DNA of 48,648 nt, from positions 1 to 48,648 of IMG/VR virus record IMGVR_UViG_3300011444_000003; one strand, 5' to 3'. The first letter of the stretch is position 1, and each line of letters starts with the position of its first letter. Below the pieces are notes generated by a model, which saw only the letters and a program-made list of their open reading frames with translations, did no database searches and was not told the origin of the DNA. Source of the DNA: a virus (Duplodnaviria; Caudoviricetes). This document shows positions 19,568-28,709 of this stretch, piece after piece. Both the position numbers and the translations under genes were made by a program.

Positions 19568-21205
19568 TCAGAGTTGGTCGGGGATGCCGGTGACTGCGTT
19601 GACCGGCACCTTCTTCTTCCCGAGGCCGTCACCTTCAAGCATTCGCTTCCACATGGCGGCCTCGCTTCGATCGACACCGTAGCCCTGGTCCTCGACCCAG
19701 GACCTATCAGGCTTCGAGTTGGGGTCCGGGAGGTCCTCGGAGAAGGCGTAGGCGTACATGATGGCGTCGGCCCGGTCAGGGCTCTCCAGGCCACGCTGCT
19801 TCATCTCGCCCTTCGTCTCGACCCGGATGGCGCCGGCCGGCGAGATCGAGTAGGTCATCTGGGTCAACTGCGCCCGGGTCTTGGGGTCGTTTACACGCAT
19901 CGAGATGCGGCCCCGCTCGAAGCGCCGACGGAGGGCCCACCACCAGCCCGAGCGGGCGTTGAGGTAGAAGTCCGTGACCTTCTTGCCGCCCCGGAAGCCG
20001 ATGACCTGGGAGTGCGGGCCCATGTGGCCGTTGCGCACGGCCCAGCCCCACAACTTCTCGAAGTCGCCGATGGCGCCGGCACCAACGCCGTCAGCGTCGT
20101 AGATCAGGTACGTCGGCCGGTGGCGCACGACCAGGCGGGGGACGGGGGCGGACGGGTCGATCTGCTGCCCCTCGGTCATGCGCAGCGGGTCGCCGAGGAT
20201 GAGGTGGTCGGTGCGGCCGGCGGGGTGGGCCTCCAGGGCGATGAGCGTGTCGCCCGAGCGCACGGCGATGGCCGACTCGGCGGTGCCGTACGGGGCCAGG
20301 TCGACGCCGATGGCGGTGATGCTGGACACGTCCGACTCCCGAGCCTCGGCGGCGTCCACCCAGGCCGGGGCGATCAGGGTGTCCTCGCCCTGGTCCCAGA
20401 ACTGAGCCAGGACACGGGTGGTCCACTCGTAGGTGCCGGGCCCCATGCCCTGCGCCTCCAGGTCGAGCAGGAACTCGGGCGTGGTCAGGTTCGAGCCCTC
20501 GGGCACGGCCTCGCCCGTGAAGGCCGGCGTGTCGTAGGCGGTGATGCGGATGACCTCGACCCTGGGGCTCCGGGTCATCTGGGCGGCGTAGGTGTCCGGC
20601 GTGGTGGGGTTGAACACGAGCAGCAGCCGGGTGTCGCCGGTCGCCATGAGGGAGGTGATCCCTCGGGCCACGTCCTCGCCCACGGCGGTGGCCTCGTCGC
20701 CGATGATGAGTTTGTGGGCAGCGTGGTACCCCTGCATCCCCTCCTCCTTGGTGGCCACCTGGCCTCGGATGAAGTGATTGCCGGGGGAGTCCATGAGGAA
20801 CGTCTCGACGGGCGGGAGCGTGCCGGGGAGTTCGAGCCCATTCTTGGCCATCTCGCCGATGGTGAGCCGGATCTCGCCCCAGAGGTTGTCTCGAAGGTGG
20901 GTCTCCTTCGAGGACGTCGTCAGGACCTTCGAGCCCCGGCAGCCGCCCTTGGTGCCGTCGGGGTCGCAGAACTGGCAGGGGGCTCCGGGGGTGTAGGCGT
21001 CGTAGAACGCCAGGGCCAGGCGGGCAGCGAGGTGGGTCTTGCCCGAGGCGTTGCACGAGGGCACGACGATGCGGGCCCGGCGGTGGGACAACTGGGTGGC
21101 GATGCGCTGCTGGATTGACCAGAGTTCACGGCCGGTGGCGGCCTCGATCCAGGCCCCCAGGTCCAACTGCCCCAACTGACGGAGCCGGTCACGGGAGGCC
21201 GTCAT
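19568..21205 (-). CDS. terL: Terminase large subunit
   Basis: Start moved to ATG 21205 (ATGA overlap). Walker A SCNASGKT, Walker B LIIGDEA, NP coupling motif, RNase H GVDLA, DADGVG and SPDRADA. Confidence 0.92.
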   Translation of the reverse strand: MTASRDRLRQLGQLDLGAWIEAATGRELWSIQQRIATQLSHRRARIVVPSCNASGKTHLAARLALAFYDAYTPGAPCQFCDPDGTKGGCRGSKVLTTSSKETHLRDNLWGEIRLTIGEMAKNGLELPGTLPPVETFLMDSPGNHFIRGQVATKEEGMQGYHAAHKLIIGDEATAVGEDVARGITSLMATGDTRLLLVFNPTTPDTYAAQMTRSPRVEVIRITAYDTPAFTGEAVPEGSNLTTPEFLLDLEAQGMGPGTYEWTTRVLAQFWDQGEDTLIAPAWVDAAEARESDVSSITAIGVDLAPYGTAESAIAVRSGDTLIALEAHPAGRTDHLILGDPLRMTEGQQIDPSAPVPRLVVRHRPTYLIYDADGVGAGAIGDFEKLWGWAVRNGHMGPHSQVIGFRGGKKVTDFYLNARSGWWWALRRRFERGRISMRVNDPKTRAQLTQMTYSISPAGAIRVETKGEMKQRGLESPDRADAIMYAYAFSEDLPDPNSKPDRSWVEDQGYGVDRSEAAMWKRMLEGDGLGKKKVPVNAVTGIPDQL

Positions 21206-22356
21206 GGCAGGATCGAGTAGCGGAAGCCACTGAGGGAGACGTAGTCGCCGGTTCCGATGACCAACTGGATCGTGCCGTCCGGCATGACGTCGACCCGGCC
21301 GAAGGTGCCGGTGGCGTGGGTCGACCACAGATTCCGCTGCACCGACCAGGCGTCCCGGTCGGGGATGGTGGCCATTGTGATGGTGGCGGCCGAGCCGCCC
21401 TTGGAGAGCAGACCCCGCAACTCGACGATGTCGCCAGTGAGCCGGTACTCGGGCTTGGCGTGGTTGGCGTCGTAGCGGGTGAAGCCATTGGTCAGGGTGA
21501 GCGCCTTCCAACCGTTGGTGCCCTCGCCGGACACCGAGAAGGCGACGTTGCTCAGGCTGGCATACGCTGCGACGTTGGCTCCGTACATCTCGATATCGCC
21601 GCTGGGCAAGAGGCGAATGTAGGCGTCCTGAGCCGAGTTCATGTCGGCGCTGAAGTGCAGGACCTTCGAGGGGCGCATCCCGAGCGGGAGGGTGAAGACA
21701 ACCGTGCCGCTGGCCCCGGTCTTGACCAGGCCCCGCAGTTGCACCTCGTCACCTACCAGGCGGTACTCGGCGTTGTGGAACGAGGAACCGAAGTTCTGCC
21801 ACGAGTTCTTGAACGGCACGCCGGTGGTCCCCACCTGGTAGAAGCCCTCGCTGAACGCTGAGGCCAGGGAGTAGCGCATCCACGAGAGGGTGAAGTACCC
21901 GCTGTTGCCCCCGCCGGCCCCGTAGCGCTGGGTGAGGTTGCCGGCCGAGTCGATGTCGTGGCGGGCGTGGGCCCCTCCCCCCACCATCGGGAAGACCAGG
22001 TCGGCTGTAGGCCGGAAGCCCGGCGGCATGATGCTCCAGGTCGAGTTGTCGGCGCCGCCCGCCAGGAGGCCCCGCAACTCGACCATGTCGCCGATCCGCC
22101 GGAACTGGCCGCCCTGCCAGTAGTCGGAGCCGTAGTTGAACGTCGGGGAAGTGAAGAAGGTGTTGGAGGCCCGGTAGGTGAGCACCATCTCCTTCCAGGG
22201 GTGATAGCCCCCAGCATCCCCGAGCAGGGTGGCCTCCCGCTCCAGGATCTCGATGTCCTGGGACACCGACTGGAAGTTCTTGGGCATCTCGGTCTTCAAG
22301 TCCTCGGTGAACGGGAACGGCACGCTCTTGGCTGGGTTCGGTCGAAAGCCCGTCAT
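21202..22356 (-). CDS. Tail fibre / minor tail protein with three tandem beta domains
   Basis: Three repeats of (Y/F)RxxGDxV(E/Q)LRGL, two followed by P.G.RP, as in phage tail-fibre C-terminal domains. Confidence 0.65.
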   Translation of the reverse strand: MTGFRPNPAKSVPFPFTEDLKTEMPKNFQSVSQDIEILEREATLLGDAGGYHPWKEMVLTYRASNTFFTSPTFNYGSDYWQGGQFRRIGDMVELRGLLAGGADNSTWSIMPPGFRPTADLVFPMVGGGAHARHDIDSAGNLTQRYGAGGGNSGYFTLSWMRYSLASAFSEGFYQVGTTGVPFKNSWQNFGSSFHNAEYRLVGDEVQLRGLVKTGASGTVVFTLPLGMRPSKVLHFSADMNSAQDAYIRLLPSGDIEMYGANVAAYASLSNVAFSVSGEGTNGWKALTLTNGFTRYDANHAKPEYRLTGDIVELRGLLSKGGSAATITMATIPDRDAWSVQRNLWSTHATGTFGRVDVMPDGTIQLVIGTGDYVSLSGFRYSILP

Positions 22357-22365
22357 GCGCCGACC

Positions 22366-23088
22366 TTACCGGGTCCAGAGAGCGCCAGCCCGGTTACGCA
22401 CCCACCCCTTGTCGGGGTCGCCAACCGGACCCGGGGCCGACTGGTCAATCAGGATCTCCAGGTACATCGACTGCCAGCGCACAGACGAGGCGATGGTCAT
22501 GGTCGGGCTGGAGTCGAACGAGCCGATCTTCCACTGGACCCGGCCGCCGTAGTTGGGGAGCGTGCCGGGCCGGTCGGTGCCGCCGACCCAGCCGGCCTCG
22601 GCCGTGGTGGCGTCGTTGGCCCGGTGGGCAGAGAAGAAGATCTGGAGGTCCCGGGAGTCAGCCATGGCGGGCGCAGCACCCGCCAGGCCGGGGGTCAGGC
22701 TGGTCGTGCCCGTGGGCCCGTACTCGGCGTCGATCACGGTGGCCGAGGTGCTGTGGCCGGTGATCCCGAGGAGGAACCAGTAGAGCCCGATGGCGGTCAC
22801 GGCGCCGTCTACAGGGACCGTCATGCCGGCCGTGCCGGGGCTGGCCGAGCACTGGAGGCCCCAGGAGCCGATGGCCGAGATGCCATCGACCTGCTCGGCG
22901 GCGGCGAGTTCGGTCCAGGTGCCGCCGTACGCCGAGGGCGGCGTAACGCCGGGGGCCAAGGTCCCGTGCCGGCTGGAGTAGCCGAAGATCAGGTACGACG
23001 AGGCCGGCGGGCTCACCGAGGTGGTGACGTACGAGGTGGCGTCGGCGTTGTTCCAGGCGCTGGCTAGTTCGGAGACGGCGAAGGCCAC
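22366..23088 (-). CDS. Putative virion structural protein
   Basis: Ser/Thr/Gly/Ala-rich beta-type sequence among structural genes. Confidence 0.5.
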   Translation of the reverse strand: MAFAVSELASAWNNADATSYVTTSVSPPASSYLIFGYSSRHGTLAPGVTPPSAYGGTWTELAAAEQVDGISAIGSWGLQCSASPGTAGMTVPVDGAVTAIGLYWFLLGITGHSTSATVIDAEYGPTGTTSLTPGLAGAAPAMADSRDLQIFFSAHRANDATTAEAGWVGGTDRPGTLPNYGGRVQWKIGSFDSSPTMTIASSVRWQSMYLEILIDQSAPGPVGDPDKGWVRNRAGALWTR

Positions 23089-23089
23089 G

Positions 23090-25330
23090 TCAGAACTGCT
23101 GGATCTCCAGCGCCACGACGATGTCCGTCGTGCCTCCGTACTGGGCAGCCGGGGCAGCCGTGGCCACGAGCACGCCGAACAGGTTGGCCGAGCCCGAGGT
23201 GACGAAGGGCTCGCTGACCTTGCCTCCCTTGACCGACCCCAGGCACCAGACGCCCGAGACGGTGTTGCGGTAGTCGGCGGCCAGGAAGTCGATGACAGCG
23301 GTGGGCCGGGCGGCCTCCAGGTTGGCGTCCGACAGGTCGAAGGCGGCGTTGTCCGAGCCGGCCAGGGTGGGGCTGGCCTCGAAGATCCACAGTTCGAGGG
23401 CGTTCAGGGCGGTGACGGTGCGGGAGGTGATCGTAGCGCCGACGATGAGCCCGGGGCGGCCCGAGGCCAGGGCAGCGTTGGTGTAGGTCTGGAGCCCGCC
23501 GATCTGGTCATTGTCCACGTAGCCCGAGGTGGCGATCGTGGGGGTGGCGGTGACCCGGACCTGGCGGACCTGGGGCATGACGGCCAGGGCGCCCGAGCGG
23601 TCCATCCAGGGGATGATGAGGTCGTTGTCGGCCGACATCGCCGTGGGCACGCCCGAGTGGGCCCGGCCGCCGACGATGAGCGGGTTGCCCGAGAGGGCGG
23701 CGTCCTCGGCCACCGAGCCGGCGGCCTGGACGGCGAAGGTGCCGGCGTTGGTCACGGCGTGGCTGGCGACGGTCAGGGTGACGCCCGAGGGGTCGACCCA
23801 CAGCCGACCGGCGTTCATCTGGGGGACCTCGTAGTCGAGGTCGGTGCCGCTGGTGTTGGCCGGCGTGGCGGTGCGCCGGGCGAGGATGACCATGCCCGGG
23901 TGGGCGTCGGCGCTGGCGACGTCCTCGGCCTTGATGGCCCCGGCGATCGTGGTGATGTCGGCGTTGGTCACCGGCGTGGTGGGCGCCGTGGCCAGGGAGA
24001 CGGGCATGGCCGTGGTCAGGGCAGGCTGGTCGGTGGCGAGGATCACCCGGAGCGTGCCGGCGGACTTGTTGCCCGAGTTCACGTCCGGGGCGGTGCCGGC
24101 GATCTTGGTGAGGTTGACCCCGCCGATGTCGGCGGCGCCGGCCACGAGGGCCGGGAGCCGGGTCACGTCGACGTCGAGCCCGTTGGTGATGTCGCCACGG
24201 TGACGATCCCAGGTGGTGCCGTTGTAGACGAGGCCGAAGGCGCCGACGAAGGGCGACACGTTGGGCGAGGCGATGGTGTCACCGGCCAGGGCGCCTATAG
24301 AGACGGGGTTCGCCGTGTCCTTGTCCATGAGGTGAACGGAGAGGTTGCCTCGGGTGTCCGCCTGTGCGTCGGCTCGCTGCCCATCGGTGTAGGTGGGCCT
24401 CGTCGTGTTGACCTTGGCGCCAATCTTGACGGGGTTGCCCGAGTCGGCGCCGGCCGCAGCGACGTTGCCCGCCACAGGCAGCGTGGCGATAGCGGCCGAG
24501 CCGTCGCTGAGCCTGACGAAGACCGGCGTGCCCACCGGGGCGTCGACCGTCAGCGAGCCAGCGTTGTCGGTGACCGGGAAGGTGGCGTTCGAGACAGCAA
24601 CCGTGCCATCGACCGTAAGGCTGCCGGCGTTGTCGGTGACCGGGATGGGGTCGACGTGCTTGACGTACTGCTCGCCCTTGCTGGTCGAGCGAGCAGCGAT
24701 GTTGTCGCCATCGGCCGACACCTCGGAGGCCAGGGTGTCCTTGCGGACCATGATGAGAGCCGTGCCCACCGGATCGGCTGCGGCGACGGCGTCCTCGGTG
24801 TACTGGGTGCCCCCACCCACGGCCACCGGGTTGCCCGAGGTGTCGAGGAGCGTGACATAGGCGGCCCCGAAGTTGGAGCCCCGCTGAGCGATGTTGTCGC
24901 CATCGGTGGTGACGGTGGCAGCCGGCGTGTCCTTGCGCACGAGGATGACGGCGGTGCCGATGGGGTCGGCCGCCGAGACCGCATCCTCGGTGTACTGCGT
25001 CCCGCCCCCGACGGCGACAGGGTTGCCGCCAGTGTCGAGCAGCGTGACGTAAGCAGCGCCGAAGTTGGTGCCTCGCTGGGCGATGTTGTCGCCGTCCGTC
25101 GAGACGGTAGCGGCCGGCGTGTCCTTGCGCACGAGGACGACGGCCGTGCCCGTGGGGTCGGCCGCAGCGGCTGCATCCTCGACGTACTGGACGCCGGACC
25201 CGCCGCCGCCCGCACCGGTCCACAGAGACTCGGCGCCGGCACCGCCGACGTCGATCGCCACTACGGGGACGAAGATCCCGCCCTTGTCGATCGACCTGTG
25301 GACTGCGGCGTCACCTTGGTTGTCAGCCAT
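23090..25330 (-). CDS. Repetitive fibre-like virion protein (746 aa)
   Basis: Three 64-aa repeats plus PVTDNAGSLTVD repeats. Ala/Gly/Thr/Val/Asp-rich. Confidence 0.6.
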   Translation of the reverse strand: MADNQGDAAVHRSIDKGGIFVPVVAIDVGGAGAESLWTGAGGGGSGVQYVEDAAAAADPTGTAVVLVRKDTPAATVSTDGDNIAQRGTNFGAAYVTLLDTGGNPVAVGGGTQYTEDAVSAADPIGTAVILVRKDTPAATVTTDGDNIAQRGSNFGAAYVTLLDTSGNPVAVGGGTQYTEDAVAAADPVGTALIMVRKDTLASEVSADGDNIAARSTSKGEQYVKHVDPIPVTDNAGSLTVDGTVAVSNATFPVTDNAGSLTVDAPVGTPVFVRLSDGSAAIATLPVAGNVAAAGADSGNPVKIGAKVNTTRPTYTDGQRADAQADTRGNLSVHLMDKDTANPVSIGALAGDTIASPNVSPFVGAFGLVYNGTTWDRHRGDITNGLDVDVTRLPALVAGAADIGGVNLTKIAGTAPDVNSGNKSAGTLRVILATDQPALTTAMPVSLATAPTTPVTNADITTIAGAIKAEDVASADAHPGMVILARRTATPANTSGTDLDYEVPQMNAGRLWVDPSGVTLTVASHAVTNAGTFAVQAAGSVAEDAALSGNPLIVGGRAHSGVPTAMSADNDLIIPWMDRSGALAVMPQVRQVRVTATPTIATSGYVDNDQIGGLQTYTNAALASGRPGLIVGATITSRTVTALNALELWIFEASPTLAGSDNAAFDLSDANLEAARPTAVIDFLAADYRNTVSGVWCLGSVKGGKVSEPFVTSGSANLFGVLVATAAPAAQYGGTTDIVVALEIQQF
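24660..25200 (-). repeat. Three tandem 192-bp coding repeats
   Basis: QY(V/T)EDA anchors (plus-strand gtactg) at 25184, 24992 and 24800, a period of 192 bp. Confidence 0.9.
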
Positions 25331-25342
25331 GAGGGACTCCGA

Positions 25343-25750
25343 TCAGCCGTGGGTGAAGACGGTCACCGAGTAGGTCAGGCTGTCGCCATTGCTGTGGACG
25401 GGGGAGACACGCATCCGGGCCACGAGGCCCGACTGCGCCACGAGGTTGGCGCCGGCCGTGATGCGGGGATCGACCCGGAGGACGATGCTCGTGCCGGAGG
25501 CCGTCACGGCCGCCGAGGCGAGCAGGAGGAACCACTCGTCGGCAGCGGGGTCGTAGCCCTCGATGTTGAAGACCACGGACGGGGCAGCGCCCTGGGCCGT
25601 GGTATCGAGGCGGACCATGACGCCGACGGACTTCTGCGGTGGCCCGAACTCCGAGGAGACGGGACTGGCCGTGCGGGCCAGGAGGGGGAACAGGACGCCC
25701 GTGGCGGGGACAGCGTTCCCGAGGACGGTGCGGGCCGTAGCGCCGGCCAC
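25343..25750 (-). CDS. Putative virion structural protein
   Basis: Beta-rich 135-aa ORF, SD GGAG. Confidence 0.5.
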   Translation of the reverse strand: MAGATARTVLGNAVPATGVLFPLLARTASPVSSEFGPPQKSVGVMVRLDTTAQGAAPSVVFNIEGYDPAADEWFLLLASAAVTASGTSIVLRVDPRITAGANLVAQSGLVARMRVSPVHSNGDSLTYSVTVFTHG

Positions 25751-25751
25751 G

Positions 25752-26087
25752 TCAGTCTCCGACGAGGAGCATGTCGACGATGACCGCCGACAGATCGGTG
25801 GCGTTCGTGACCTGCGAGAAGGCGGCGCCCGAGCCCGCCGACCAGAAGACCAGCAACTTCTTGGCGGTCCGGTCGTAGACGAACTGGTAGGCGACGGTCA
25901 GCGGCGCCCGCTGGGCGATGAAGACCACGGCCGGAGTGAAGCCGCTGTACTGCTTGGGATCGAAGGCCCAGCCGCCCGTCGGGTACGAGTTGTCGCCCGT
26001 CAGGACGAACAGGGCGGTCGCCCGGGGGCCGAGGGCGTCGGGCCCGCTGCGCCCCTTGACAGCGCCGGTGGAGACAGTGAGTGCCAT
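25752..26087 (-). CDS. Putative virion structural protein
   Basis: Start moved to ATG 26087 (TACGGT 7 nt upstream). D.SYPTGG motif. Confidence 0.55.
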   Translation of the reverse strand: MALTVSTGAVKGRSGPDALGPRATALFVLTGDNSYPTGGWAFDPKQYSGFTPAVVFIAQRAPLTVAYQFVYDRTAKKLLVFWSAGSGAAFSQVTNATDLSAVIVDMLLVGD

Positions 26088-26100
26088 GCCGGCGACCGTA

Positions 26101-26460
26101 TCAGGCTGGTTCGGAGGGGTCGCTCGGCCAGGGCAGGTGCGTGGCGAGCAGAGCCGACACCTCTCGCCACAGGCGGTAGTCGGCCCACGGCATGAAGTCG
26201 GCATGGACGTTCTCAGCCGCCCACTCCCAGGCGTGCGCCTCGTTGACCAGGCCCTCGCCGACCGGGCGCATTACGTGCCCGAGTTCGTGTAACCCGACTA
26301 TGTACTTCAGCATGGTCGTCGGCCGAGGCGTGTAAACGGTCGGCCATCGCCCGGGGTGGGAGTACGCCTCCTGAACGGTGCCCTCGATCCACTCGATCGT
26401 GACCCGGGTGCCGGCCAGGGACAGGAGGTGGGACCGGGCCCGTGCGGCCGGGAACCTCAC
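26101..26460 (-). CDS. Small zincin-like metallopeptidase
   Basis: LHELGH followed by a downstream NEAHAW Glu. Confidence 0.6.
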   Translation of the reverse strand: MRFPAARARSHLLSLAGTRVTIEWIEGTVQEAYSHPGRWPTVYTPRPTTMLKYIVGLHELGHVMRPVGEGLVNEAHAWEWAAENVHADFMPWADYRLWREVSALLATHLPWPSDPSEPA

Positions 26461-27125
26461 CGGAGGGGCATCGGCGGCTGGCGCCGGCCCATGAGTTGCG
26501 CCATGATCCGGCCGAGTTCCATGAGGTTCATCTCGTCCTCGTCCTGGCTGAACGCCTGGTGCATCGCCGCCTGCTCGATGGCCTTGGCCTGGCTGGAGGC
26601 GACCATCGCAGCGTCGTGGTCAGCGTCGGACGAGCCCGGGCCGAACCCGGTCTGCATCTGCTGCTGGAGCGCTGCCATGTCGCCGGGCATCGACTGCAAC
26701 TCGGGCGGGTAGCCGGCGCCCATCGTGTTGGGCGCTGCGCCGGCCGGGACAGGCGGGACGGGAGCGGGCGGGACCATGCCCTGCGGGCCACCGGGGGCGG
26801 GAGCGCCAGGCGCAGGCGGGCCGCCGGGGCCCGGAGGCATCCCTGGGGGGCCGCCCATGCCAGGGGGCCCGCCCATCATGCCGGGAGGCATGGGGGAGGG
26901 GCTCGGGGGCGGTTCAATCGCCGTAGCGGGGGCTCCCGGGGGCGCACCAGCGCCGGGCGGGGGGCCGGGCAGCGGAGCGTCCATCGCTCCCTGCAACTGC
27001 GGCATCTTGTCGCCGGGCTTGCTCGGGCCCTTCTTCTTCGTGCCCTCCGAGTTCTTGCCGGGGCGGGGCGCCTTGGACCGGCCCCCGGACTTCTTGCTGG
27101 CCTTGCGACGGTCGGACTCGGACAT
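26457..27125 (-). CDS. Low-complexity protein (basic N-terminus, Pro/Gly/Met-rich core)
   Basis: Composition. TAGGGT lies 6 nt before the ATG. Confidence 0.65.
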   Translation of the reverse strand: MSESDRRKASKKSGGRSKAPRPGKNSEGTKKKGPSKPGDKMPQLQGAMDAPLPGPPPGAGAPPGAPATAIEPPPSPSPMPPGMMGGPPGMGGPPGMPPGPGGPPAPGAPAPGGPQGMVPPAPVPPVPAGAAPNTMGAGYPPELQSMPGDMAALQQQMQTGFGPGSSDADHDAAMVASSQAKAIEQAAMHQAFSQDEDEMNLMELGRIMAQLMGRRQPPMPLR

Positions 27126-27139
27126 GGCCCGACCCTACA

Positions 27140-27412
27140 TCACGCCCGGTGACTCACGAAGTACGCCAGGGCGTCGGACACGGCCTGCACCTTGCGGTCA
27201 CGCTCGATGAGCGCCGCCTCGGCCTCGCTGACGGGCACGACCGACGGCACGTCGGGGTCGGTGACCTCCAGCACCATCGTCACGGTGACGCTCTGGAACT
27301 CGCCCAGGGCGTTGCGCAACTGGACCGCCATCGAGCGCCGGAAGGCTCCGAAGAACGACTCGTCGACGAAGCCGGGGGTGTCGACGGTGAAGGTGGCCTT
27401 GGTGTCGCTCAT
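27140..27412 (-). CDS. Hypothetical protein
   Basis: Clean ORF, ATGA overlap, TACGCT 6 nt upstream. Confidence 0.65.
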   Translation of the reverse strand: MSDTKATFTVDTPGFVDESFFGAFRRSMAVQLRNALGEFQSVTVTMVLEVTDPDVPSVVPVSEAEAALIERDRKVQAVSDALAYFVSHRA

Positions 27413-27672
27413 GGGGTCAGCGTAGCCGGCTGCTGGAGGGCGGTCGCACGGTCGATGATGACCTGCGGGAGGACGAAGGTGCCGACCTCCTGGTCCTTCA
27501 TGCCGACCAGGGCCTGGTAGACGGCCAGGAAGCCGGCAGCGCCCTCCTTCAGGCGCACGAGCCAGTCGTACTGCTCGGCGTCCTCCAGGTCGGAGGCCAG
27601 GTCACCGAGGTGGGCCAGCGCAGCGTTCAGGATCTGATCGGTCGTCACGTCGAACTCGACTTCAGCGGTCAT
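27409..27672 (-). CDS. Hypothetical protein
   Basis: Clean ORF, ATGA coupling. Confidence 0.6.
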   Translation of the reverse strand: MTAEVEFDVTTDQILNAALAHLGDLASDLEDAEQYDWLVRLKEGAAGFLAVYQALVGMKDQEVGTFVLPQVIIDRATALQQPATLTP

Positions 27673-27812
27673 TCGTCATCGTCCTCCTCGGACTCAGGGT
27701 CATCGAACAGGCTATCGGCGGGCCACCAGTCTCCGCACTCGCACTCCAAGAGCGGCCGGTCGCAGTGCTCGCACTTGTGGACGGCAGGTCGGGTGCGATC
27801 CGAGTCCCTCAC
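27669..27812 (-). CDS. 47-aa Cys-rich micro-protein with acidic tail (not in ORF track)
   Basis: My translation: MRDSDRTRPAVHKCEHCDRPLLECECGDWWPADSLFDDPESEEDDDE. GTGA and ATGA overlaps at its two ends. Confidence 0.6.
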   Translation of the reverse strand: MRDSDRTRPAVHKCEHCDRPLLECECGDWWPADSLFDDPESEEDDDE

Positions 27813-28012
27813 GCTGGCACACCCAACAGGTCCAGGCGGATGTCGAGTAGGAGGTCCACCATCTTGTTGGCGTCGACGAGCGAGGAACCAGCACCGACCT
27901 CAGCCAGCGCCTCGTCGACACGGTTCATCGCCCGCTCGACCTGTGGGTCAGCCCAGGTAACGTCGACGAAGACCTCAGAATCGACCTTGGGGCCGAACGG
28001 GGCGAAGCGCAC
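27809..28012 (-). CDS. Hypothetical protein
   Basis: GTG 28012 start just after the pup stop: MRFAPFGPKVDSEV...LLLDIRLDLLGVPA. Confidence 0.55.
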   Translation of the reverse strand: MRFAPFGPKVDSEVFVDVTWADPQVERAMNRVDEALAEVGAGSSLVDANKMVDLLLDIRLDLLGVPA

Positions 28013-28016
28013 GGCT

Positions 28017-28247
28017 TCACTCGCCACTCTTCTGCTGAAACGCCTTGACGAACTCCTCCACCTGGCCGTCAACTCCGATGTCGGCCGCCAGGATGTCGTC
28101 GATCTCGTCCAGGAGATCGTCGATGTCAGCCAGGGTGGCCTCTCGCTTGGCGGCGATGGCGTCCAGATCGGGCTCGACTTCAGCCACGTCGTCCACGGAC
28201 TCGTCTCGCTTGGTAGCCGGTCGTTGCCGCCGGACTTGCTCAGCCAT
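28017..28247 (-). CDS. pup: Prokaryotic ubiquitin-like protein Pup homologue
   Basis: DIDDLLDEIDDIL...EEFVKAFQQKSGE matches the Pup consensus DDLLDEIDDVLEENAEDFVRAYVQKGG(Q/E). Disordered acidic N-terminus. TACGGT 6 nt before the ATG. Confidence 0.88.
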   Translation of the reverse strand: MAEQVRRQRPATKRDESVDDVAEVEPDLDAIAAKREATLADIDDLLDEIDDILAADIGVDGQVEEFVKAFQQKSGE

Positions 28248-28503
28248 GCCATGACCGTACCTCAGACCACATCCACCCGTTCGTCAGGTCCCCGAAGGCT
28301 GAGTCGTCGAGGAAGTTGCCCTTGGCGACGGGCGGGTCCTCCAGGCCGGGGGTCCGAGTCTGCCACTCCCCGTCGGCGTCGAGGTACTGGCACATGACCG
28401 GGCCATTGTCGCCGCAGGTGGGCACGTAGCGCAGCACCCGGGCCATCAGGTCGCCGGTGTGCGGGTTGACGATCCAGCGGACCTTGACCAGCGGCCGGTT
28501 CAT
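28240..28503 (-). CDS. Hypothetical protein
   Basis: Clean ORF, ATGA coupling. Confidence 0.6.
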   Translation of the reverse strand: MNRPLVKVRWIVNPHTGDLMARVLRYVPTCGDNGPVMCQYLDADGEWQTRTPGLEDPPVAKGNFLDDSAFGDLTNGWMWSEVRSWHG

Positions 28504-28709
28504 CGGGCCGAGCCCCAGGGAGTCAGCCCGTACTGGGCCAGGAGCCAGCCGATGAAGCGGTGATCCTCGGCGTCCCCCTCCAGGGTCCAGTTCCTGGCGT
28601 CGTGACGTTCGAGGAGGGTGGGCGGGCGCACGGCCAGGCTGGCGACGTAGTCCATGAAGAACGGGCTCGTCCGCAGGTGGCCCGGGATGATGTAGTTGCG
28701 CTGGATCAT
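28500..28709 (-). CDS. Hypothetical protein (paralogue of 28706..28897)
   Basis: Start ATG 28709 (ATGA overlap). RNYI...AVR...T.E..A.DH is shared with the neighbour. Confidence 0.6.
   Translation of the reverse strand: MIQRNYIIPGHLRTSPFFMDYVASLAVRPPTLLERHDARNWTLEGDAEDHRFIGWLLAQYGLTPWGSAR

Noticed and set aside
19568-21511. ORF-track starts for TerL and several others (39298..41031, 40344..41420, 44151..44852, 46243..47316, 37333..37977)
   Set aside because: The upstream extensions overlap neighbouring genes. Coupled ATGA/GTGA/TGATG starts give better boundaries.
27809-28252. 147-aa ORF overlapping pup
   Set aside because: Its N-terminal half is an alternative frame of pup. The likely gene starts at GTG 28012.
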